DNA of 12,680 nucleotides. Source: Gloeobacterales cyanobacterium (GTDB lineage: Bacteria; Cyanobacteriota; Cyanobacteriia; Gloeobacterales; PMM-0068). Shown here piece after piece: positions 7,169 to 12,680 of this stretch; position 1 is the first letter of the stretch, and each line of letters begins with the position of its first letter. The notes beneath the pieces were generated by a model. The model had not been told where the DNA came from. It saw only the letters and a list, made by a program, of their open reading frames with translations, and made no database searches. The stretch lies in assembly GCA_038245785.1 (NCBI GenBank), contig JBBRSB010000052.1, forward strand, positions 1 to 12,680, written 5' to 3'. Position numbers and translations under genes: made by a program.

Positions 7169-8164
7169 TCAAGACACAGGGGTCTTGGTACTTAATTGTT
7201 CCATAGTCACTTGAGCGATCCGTTGAGGCTTGATCTCTGCAATCGACTTTTGGTCCTGCAAAGGAATAAATCGCAGGGATTTAGGCAACAGCTGTACTAA
7301 ATTCCCAGGACCAAAAAGTGCCACCAGAGGCGTATTGGTTGCCACCGCAAGGTGCATCGGAGCACTGTCCACGCAGAGTAAAAGTTTTGCAGACTGGATC
7401 AGGGCTGTTAGAGAACCAAGGTCCGGCGGGCTAATAAACAGCACTTGATTGCCCAATTGCTCTTTTAGCTGCGCAGCAAATTGCTTATCCTCTGGCCCTT
7501 GAATCACAGCAAACTGGAGTTTTTGGTTCTTGGTTTTATCCATTAGATTCTGCAAGACCTGGCCCCATAGTTCGGTGGGATAGGGCCTTTGCACTTCATT
7601 TTTGGCCGAAAGCGTACCCGCCCCAGGATAAAGAAGCACCAGCTTGCCGGGTTCTATTTGGCGTTTTTCAAGCTCCTGGGCCATCCAAGTCTTGGCCTTC
7701 TCAGGAATGAGGGCTTGGGGGAGAGATCCCTCCTGCTTGACACCCACTCCCTTGGCGAGGTCATGGTACATCAAGGCCGCGTATTGATCTCGGCGCAAAG
7801 TAATTGGATTGGTTAGCAAGCGCTCTGTAAAATTGCCCGCATAGCCAATCCGGCGGGGAATACCTGTGAGCCAGAGCAAGAACCCATCTCCAGCTGAACG
7901 TCCGCTAGAAAGCACCACATCGTAATCCCGTTCCCGAATTTGACCAATGAGGTTGACCCAATCCGCAAGGCTAGGCTTACCACTAAAGCTGAAAGGAATA
8001 GTTTTGATTGGAACGGGACAAACTTGATAGGCTGCCGCCGCGCTCGGCTCTACTAAAACTTCTATAGATGCTGTCGGGAAAGCCTCCCGGATTCCTTGTA
8101 GAGTGGGAAAAAAGAGGATCTGGTCCTCAACTCCTCCCGGATTAATGGCTAGAAGGCGGAACAT
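7169..8164 (-). CDS. Glycosyltransferase family 9 protein (ADP-heptose:LPS heptosyltransferase-like)
   Basis: PGGVEDQILFFPTL, GIPRRIGY and DSAPMHLAVATNTPLVALFGP. It ends 22 nt upstream of argS, so the two are probably co-transcribed. Confidence 0.9.
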   Translation of the reverse strand: MFRLLAINPGGVEDQILFFPTLQGIREAFPTASIEVLVEPSAAAAYQVCPVPIKTIPFSFSGKPSLADWVNLIGQIRERDYDVVLSSGRSAGDGFLLWLTGIPRRIGYAGNFTERLLTNPITLRRDQYAALMYHDLAKGVGVKQEGSLPQALIPEKAKTWMAQELEKRQIEPGKLVLLYPGAGTLSAKNEVQRPYPTELWGQVLQNLMDKTKNQKLQFAVIQGPEDKQFAAQLKEQLGNQVLFISPPDLGSLTALIQSAKLLLCVDSAPMHLAVATNTPLVALFGPGNLVQLLPKSLRFIPLQDQKSIAEIKPQRIAQVTMEQLSTKTPVS

Positions 8165-8331
8165 CTTGTCTACAGAGTGGAATTACCTATTCATCTTAAG
8201 GGTTTCTAGCCGTTTCTTAGTGTGATTTGCGACCATATAGGATTTGAGCATGTATAACAGAGGGCTGACTGCAAGGCGTAGCGTCGGAAGACTCGGTACA
8301 CTAAATAGATCTACCTGTATAGCGATTTGTC

Positions 8332-8631
8332 GTGAAGCCTTTAGAAATTCTGATTTGGTTTTTCCTTCAACCTCTGCTGGGCTTAGGCATTCTTGCCTTT
8401 ATTCTCCGGTTGATTATGACCTGGTTCCCGCAAATAGACCTGAATAAGTTTCCCTACAACTTGATTGCCTGGCCGACAGAGCCCTTTTTACGCCCAACGC
8501 GCAAGCTGATTCCCAGTTTTGGCGGCGTGGACATAACCCCTTTCATCTGGTTTGCGATTCTCAGCTTCATCCGCGAAATTTTGCTGGGTCAGCAGGGAAT
8601 TTTGACCATGATGACCCGCCTTCAAGGCTAA
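8332..8631 (+). CDS. YggT-family protein, CCB3-like (cytochrome b6f heme ci assembly factor)
   Basis: PTEPFLRPTRKLIPSFGGVDITPFIW...EILLGQQGIL matches YggT. The EILxGxQG tail is characteristic of the CCB3 subgroup of oxygenic phototrophs. GTG start. Confidence 0.85.
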   Translation: MKPLEILIWFFLQPLLGLGILAFILRLIMTWFPQIDLNKFPYNLIAWPTEPFLRPTRKLIPSFGGVDITPFIWFAILSFIREILLGQQGILTMMTRLQG

Positions 8632-8703
8632 GGTTCGTCGTCTCATATCAGAAACATTCGTTTACAATGTGGCTATCCGCTATTTAAGAAGATCAGGAAG
8701 GCT

Positions 8704-9582
8704 ATGACTGTAACCTATCCCAAGAGACTTTATGGGACCATCAGCACTCAGCAGATGGTGGACATGGTGATCAAAGACCGTGAAATCCATTTAATAACCC
8801 TGAATCGTTACCGCTACTCCGAGCAGCGGAGCTGTAAGGATTTGACGGAAGTGATTGAGCGTTTAGATGGTCAGCCACGTGAACTGATTAAGGACCTTTC
8901 CAACCACGTTCGGGAAGAAGCTCAGCACGCTTTCTGGTTGACAGATTTGATTCTTGAGCTTGGTGGCGATCTAGGGACGCCTCCTGGCCCTTCCTACATT
9001 GACGAGTATGAAAAATATGTGGGTAGTGGTTCCATAGATGTAATTGAGACCTTGGCAGCGATCAATGTCACAGAAAAGCGCGGCTGTAACTTTTTCTCGG
9101 CCCACATCAAGGCCCTGAAAAATGCAGAACAGACGGAAGACAATATCAAAATTCGTGAATGCATCGAGCGGATCTTCCCTGAAGAAGCGAATCATGTGCG
9201 CTGGGGCAACCGCTGGCTGGCTACCCTGGCTAAGGAAAGCCCTGAAAATGCGCGCAAGGTAGAAGAAGCGAAACGCAAGTATGATGCCATTGAAAATGCA
9301 GCTTTTGAAGCGGGGATGGACATCACCCTCGGAGCCGAACTGCGTCGCTTTAACCGCCTGATTGAAATCTCGGAAACGCTTCCGATTTGGGAACGACCTC
9401 AGTATATGGCAGAGCAACTTCCTCGCTTGATTCCTGATGTCACCAAAGCTCGTTTCGGCACAGCCCGCATGGTCTTCGAAAGAAATCCTGCAGACTTTGT
9501 CCAGCGATTTATTCCGATGGTTATGGGGTTGAGTAAACAGCAGGCTAAGAAAGCAGAAACGAAAGTCCCTGCGACTGTTTAA
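8704..9582 (+). CDS. Ferritin-like domain (di-iron carboxylate) protein
   Basis: Two ExxH motifs (EEAQH, EEANH), each preceded by a helix carrying a Glu (YSEQRSC, VTEKRGC). RBS-like AGGAAGG before the ATG. Confidence 0.8.
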   Translation: MTVTYPKRLYGTISTQQMVDMVIKDREIHLITLNRYRYSEQRSCKDLTEVIERLDGQPRELIKDLSNHVREEAQHAFWLTDLILELGGDLGTPPGPSYIDEYEKYVGSGSIDVIETLAAINVTEKRGCNFFSAHIKALKNAEQTEDNIKIRECIERIFPEEANHVRWGNRWLATLAKESPENARKVEEAKRKYDAIENAAFEAGMDITLGAELRRFNRLIEISETLPIWERPQYMAEQLPRLIPDVTKARFGTARMVFERNPADFVQRFIPMVMGLSKQQAKKAETKVPATV

Positions 9583-9601
9583 GTTTGCACGAATGAATTG
9601 C

Positions 9602-9628
9602 AATCTCCTCTGCACAGGGGAGATTTTT
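9602..9628 (+). terminator. Hairpin between convergent genes; probable intrinsic terminator
   Basis: AATCTCCTC-tgcaca-GGGGAGATT followed by a T-run, between the stops at 9582 (+) and 9628 (-). Confidence 0.65.
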
Positions 9629-10446
9629 CATGCGTCTTGCCCTACGGGTCCTACGGCGCTCTCAGAGGACAGTCGATGGTATGCAAATGTTCCTCTGACA
9701 CTATTAATGAAGAATATAAGGAACAAGACAGCCGCCGTCACTGCCCCTGCTCTGGACGCTAACGTGTCCAACAGTTGCGGCTGTGAAAACTGGTGCATCT
9801 CATAAAGAATAAATAAACACAGTCCCGCAGTTGCAAAAACCTTTGAGCGGCGTTTGACTCCCCATGCAACCACACCAAACAACAACACCTCAAGGTAAGC
9901 CCAGATGTCGATTGTTCCGCTACCCAACAGGAGAATAAGTGCGACGAATAGGGATTTAACTACGGTGAGGAATACGGCAGCCCAGAAGCCTTGATTAGAG
10001 GTTGAGACGGCGGCTGGTAGATCAACTATCTTGGGCCAGAACCAATAGCCTATGTCCGTTTCGGGCGACAGTCGATGAAAGGCAAAGGTGCCTCTTACTC
10101 CGTTAATGTAGAAGACGAGGAGAAGGAAAGCGTATATGGGCAGTGACACTAGCGGAGTCGTTTGAGGTACTGAAATCGGGTACGCCTCCGCAAAAATATA
10201 TAAACATAGCCCAGCGATAGCAAAGGTTCTTGAGCGACGTTTGATCCGCCATGCAATCACGCCAAACAAAACCGTATACAGATAAGCCCCAGAGCTGAAC
10301 GGACATTGATTGATGAGTGCGACTATGGCTGGCATTACGGCACAAGATACGGCGGACCAGAAGCCTTGATCAGAGGCGGAGACTGCACCTGGTGCATCAA
10401 CGATCTTGGGCCAGAACAAATTCCCTTTGTTCGTTTCGATAGTCAC
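9628..10446 (-). CDS. Hypothetical multi-pass membrane protein made of two tandem ~125-aa repeats
   Basis: FWPKIVD..AVS.S.QGFW.AV, LFGV.AW..KRRS..FA.AGLCL and IN.VRGTFA.HRLS.E each occur twice. GTG start. Confidence 0.8.
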   Translation of the reverse strand: MTIETNKGNLFWPKIVDAPGAVSASDQGFWSAVSCAVMPAIVALINQCPFSSGAYLYTVLFGVIAWRIKRRSRTFAIAGLCLYIFAEAYPISVPQTTPLVSLPIYAFLLLVFYINGVRGTFAFHRLSPETDIGYWFWPKIVDLPAAVSTSNQGFWAAVFLTVVKSLFVALILLLGSGTIDIWAYLEVLLFGVVAWGVKRRSKVFATAGLCLFILYEMHQFSQPQLLDTLASRAGAVTAAVLFLIFFINSVRGTFAYHRLSSESAVGPVGQDA

Positions 10447-10467
10447 AACAAATTTCCCATGCTTGAT

Positions 10468-10480
10468 GCATAACGTTTGA
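10468..10480 (-). mobile_element. Probable attC right-end remnant (R') upstream of the repeat membrane gene
   Basis: The minus strand reads TCAAAC-GTTATGCA, identical to the end of the cassette-1 attC (905-918), about 20 nt before the start codon. Confidence 0.5.
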
Positions 10481-10742
10481 ATTCAATTGAGGAATAGCCA
10501 TCGGCTGGAATGAATTGTGCATTTACCTGATGTACTTACAGTTCTCTCAATCAAGTATTCCCAAGGCACTCTGGAATCATATGTTTTTCTAGTAAAGACA
10601 ACAGCTGATAATTCTAGAAGTATGTTGCCAAAGTCAGTCCAATATCCGCTCTGCGATCAATCTGCCTCACTCAACATTGGCACTCTAGAGCATGATAAAC
10701 CAGTGAGACATGCACCATATTCACTTTTACACCTCAATTAAG

Positions 10743-10882
10743 TTAATGTGTATGCCGTTTATCGTGAAAAGGATGTAGCAGCGAATCCACTGCACATAGG
10801 TTTCTTCAGTGCGGTAGGAGTAATGTTTGGCACGAATGGCATCGCGCACTTGGTCAAGAAGCTTTTTGGATGGAGTTTGAAT
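10743..10882 (-). pseudogene. intI: Integron integrase 5' remnant (N-terminal domain only; no ATG, frameshifted)
   Basis: Manual translation gives IQTPSKKLLDQVRDAIRAKHYSYRTEETYVQWIRCYILF, then HDKRH after a 1-nt frameshift. This is the hallmark IntI N-terminus (LLDQVR..IR.KHYS.RTE..Y..WI..YI.FH.KRHP). ATT stands at the expected start, no catalytic domain follows, and it is divergent from an attI and cassette array. Confidence 0.9.
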
Positions 10883-10894
10883 AGATGGTCTGGT

Positions 10895-10913
10895 GGGTTA
10901 TGAATCATAACCC
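10895..10913. promoter_or_regulatory. Perfect palindrome just upstream of intI
   Basis: GGGTTATGA-A-TCATAACCC, 12 nt from the presumed intI start. Confidence 0.4.
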
Positions 10914-10974
10914 TGAGCTAGAGGTGATTAAGATTTTGTACATAAGAATGACTTCATCCTTGAAAAAAGCGATT

Positions 10975-11091
10975 ATTAGGCTGACAATTTCCACCTAGTC
11001 TTCCCAGGAGCTGATTAGGCGGACGAATTTCTACCTAATCAACCAAATAGGGAAGATATGCAGAAAAGTTCAGTCTAAACAGTAGTTAGCC
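10975..11091 (+). mobile_element. attI: attI site of the decayed integron, with three inverted box pairs
   Basis: ATTAGGC..ACCTAGT (10975-10999), ATTAGGC..ACCTAAT (11014-11039), GATATGC..GTCTAAA (11055-11079), then the core GTTAGCC (11085-11091), which complements GGCTAAC at 11778. It lies between intI and the first cassette. Confidence 0.8.
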
Positions 11092-11105
11092 ATCCACAAC
11101 AAGCT

Positions 11106-11783
11106 ATGAAGATTCAGTTCGACAACACCATAAAAGCTGGTGACATACTCACATCGCTGACTATAGCGCTCTCTGTGATAGCTCTCGTTCTGTCACTGGC
11201 AAAGGATCGTGAAATCAAAACGGCGGATCAGGGAAATAAGATCCGAAGTGCTGCTGCAAGTGCAATCGTTAAGCTCGACCGCTGGCAGAGTGTTCAATTG
11301 TCCCTGTACCAAGAGCTTCAACCTTCTTTTGTAGAGACGAGCGAATTGCTGGCGCAGAAGTACGATGTTGTGGTTGCCAGAGATAAGTTCTGGCGACAGG
11401 TTAATGAAGAACGAACACGGATTTCTCATCAGGTGCTAGAAGAACAGCTCGGCACAGCCTACCTGGACATCCTTTCTCATTTTCCCGCCGCAAAAGTTAA
11501 GTATGTTGAATCTTTTACAAAGCTCGCAGCTGTCGAAGATGAAGTTTCGAATGAGTTCTTAGGCGGATCTGAACAGGAGATCTTAAATCTAGAAGATAAG
11601 CAGGCAAACTATTAGACGGCTGTCCTTGGAAATGCCTTTCGGGCGCAAGCGAAAAAGAGTTCCTCGGAACTAAAGAAGAAGTCCAAAGATGTCATTGCAC
11701 CCGTACGAAACTATCTTTTGAAGGTAATTGAGTTGCCTGATGAAAAGATCATCAATGCTAGTCGCAGCAACCGAGACGGCTAA
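11106..11783 (+). pseudogene. Cassette gene (N-terminal TM, helical) interrupted by an in-frame TAG at 11613-11615
   Basis: The frame stays open after the TAG (TAVLGNAFRAQAKKSSSELKKKSKDVIAPVRNYLLKVIELPDEKIINASRSNRDG) to a TAA at 11781-11783 inside the attC R'' GGCTAAC. Total length is 226 codons. Confidence 0.8.
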
Positions 11784-11835
11784 CCCTTCGTTCCAACGGA
11801 CTGCCTTCAGCCGATGCTGACCTTTGCCGTTAGCC
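11778..11835 (+). mobile_element. attC: attC site of the first cassette of array 2 (58 bp)
   Basis: R'' GGCTAAC at 11778-11784 and R' GTTAGCC at 11829-11835. The interior (ccttcgttccaacggactgccttcagccgatgctgacctttgcc) has the typical short attC layout, slightly degenerate. Confidence 0.85.
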
Positions 11836-12000
11836 CTCCTCCTTCAGCCGAGTTTATAGTTCACTTCCGATGGTTTGTGGGTGGCAAAGTGTTGCTGAGC
11901 GGAGATGGGGTGAGTGGGGGGATCGCCTTTTCACAATACTGAACTTCACGCTTGATAGGCCGTCTGAACAAGGTCTTATAATAAGCTACGATTTAGACCC

Positions 12001-12009
12001 TGCTAGAAT
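12001..12009 (+). promoter_or_regulatory. Putative extended -10 promoter of the TA pair
   Basis: TG-c-TAGAAT lies 8 nt before the ATG at 12018. A TATAAT is also present at 11977-11982. Confidence 0.4.
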
Positions 12010-12017
12010 TATTTGAA

Positions 12018-12254
12018 ATGCCTACTCTTCTGACTGTTGGTCCATATCGGTTTTTCTGCTACGCAGGGGATCGAGATGAGCCACCCCACGTACATGTTGA
12101 ACGCGATAAGGACGAAGCTAAGTTCTGGCTTAGCCCAGTCCGTCTTCAAAATAACAAGGGTTTTAACCGCACAGAGATAAATCGTATCCAAAAGCTGGTT
12201 GAAGAACACCAAGAACAATTGATAGAGGGTTGGAATGACTTCTTTAACGGTTGA
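12018..12254 (+). CDS. DUF4160 domain protein (putative TA component)
   Basis: MPTLLTVGPYRFFCYAGDRDEPPHVHVERD..EAKFWL.PV.L..N.GF...E...I...V.E......EGWNDFF. Confidence 0.88.
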   Translation: MPTLLTVGPYRFFCYAGDRDEPPHVHVERDKDEAKFWLSPVRLQNNKGFNRTEINRIQKLVEEHQEQLIEGWNDFFNG

Positions 12255-12543
12255 CCTATTCGAAGTACCCAAGATACAGACCATTGAGATCACAGATGAT
12301 ACTTTGTCTGTCGATCTATCTGACGGTCGCACTATTTCTGTCCCGCTGGCATGGTATCCGCGTCTCTTGCATGGTTCAGTGGAAGAAAGAAATAGCTGGC
12401 GGTTAATTGGTAGTGGAGACGGAATCCATTGGAATCAACTTGACGAAGATGTCAGTGTCAAGAACATAATCCTTGGGCAATCATCAGGGGAAAGTCAGAA
12501 ATCATTCCAACGATGGCTAAACGAGCGTCAATCAACGGTCTAA
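12235..12543 (+). CDS. DUF2442 domain protein (putative TA partner)
   Basis: LSVDLSDGRTISVPLAWYPRL....EERNSW.LIG.GDGIHW..LDEDVSV. It overlaps the DUF4160 gene, and its stop lies in GTCTAAC. Confidence 0.88.
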   Translation: MTSLTVDLFEVPKIQTIEITDDTLSVDLSDGRTISVPLAWYPRLLHGSVEERNSWRLIGSGDGIHWNQLDEDVSVKNIILGQSSGESQKSFQRWLNERQSTV

Positions 12544-12630
12544 CATAGTCCCTGAGGTGGACGGGAGTCAAGAGCAAACGCTGAACTTCTCTTCCTATCT
12601 TCCTAATTGCATTACAGGGATTATTAGGGC
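12538..12630 (+). mobile_element. attC: Degenerate attC after the DUF2442 gene
   Basis: R'' GTCTAAC (12538-12544) followed by atagtccctgaggtggacgg. A possible partner arm CAGGGATTATTAGG (12615-12628) lacks the GTT. Confidence 0.5.
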
Positions 12631-12680
12631 GCAAGAAATCTGTCTATTGTTAAACGATGAAGTCTCAATTCGGTCTCAAC

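Noticed and set aside
5527..9805. Antisense or overlapping ORFs within argS, GT9, YggT and ferritin-like genes (e.g. 8971-9615 -, 214 aa)
   Set aside because: They overlap well-supported conserved genes and have no protein-like features of their own.
10517..10741. 74-aa ORF, or a possible continuation of intI
   Set aside because: No recognisable motifs, and the minus strand shows no IntI catalytic-domain signatures (HxLRHSFATH, LLGH).
10937..10950. Possible cyanobacterial LexA box (TGTAC-ataa-GAAT) upstream of intI
   Set aside because: Only one half-site fits RGTAC-N4-GTWC, which is too weak to call.
10960..10988. Possible Pc promoter TTGAAA-17-GACAAT facing array 2
   Set aside because: The -10 lacks the first T, and matches of this quality are common in AT-rich DNA.
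11611..11622. 12-bp identity ATTAGACGGCTG between the premature stop region and 4422-4433
   Set aside because: It lies in coding sequence with no partner box, so it is probably coincidental.
1..12680. CRISPR array, tRNA/rRNA genes, IS transposase
   Set aside because: The repeats are gene-spaced imperfect palindromes (attC/attI), not constant repeats with short spacers. I saw no cloverleaf, rRNA-like segment or transposase motif.

Overview
This window looks cyanobacterial: it has a CCB3-type YggT protein, cyanobacterial-type argS, a GT9 glycosyltransferase and a ferritin-like gene. A housekeeping block (5332-9582) is flanked by integron material. Array 1 (1-3739, + strand) runs from an attI-like site through cassettes for a DUF925 nucleotidyltransferase, an unknown protein, an inverted XRE-HTH/Clp-N regulator, a second attI-like site inside the array, a HAD hydrolase and a PIN-type toxin-antitoxin (TA) pair. 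Its attC sites have matching R''/R' ends. On the right is a decayed integron platform that the ORF track misses: a ~45-codon frameshifted intI 5' remnant (10743-10882, -), divergent from a multi-box attI (10975-11091). It is followed by a cassette gene with a premature stop, an attC and a DUF4160/DUF2442 TA pair. The most striking signal is one family of multi-box attI-like sites, with three clear copies and two to three degenerate ones on both strands. Cassette-like scars also flank minus-strand genes. Together these suggest a dispersed, multi-attI integron system served in trans. All calls come from reading the sequence by eye; no searches were run.
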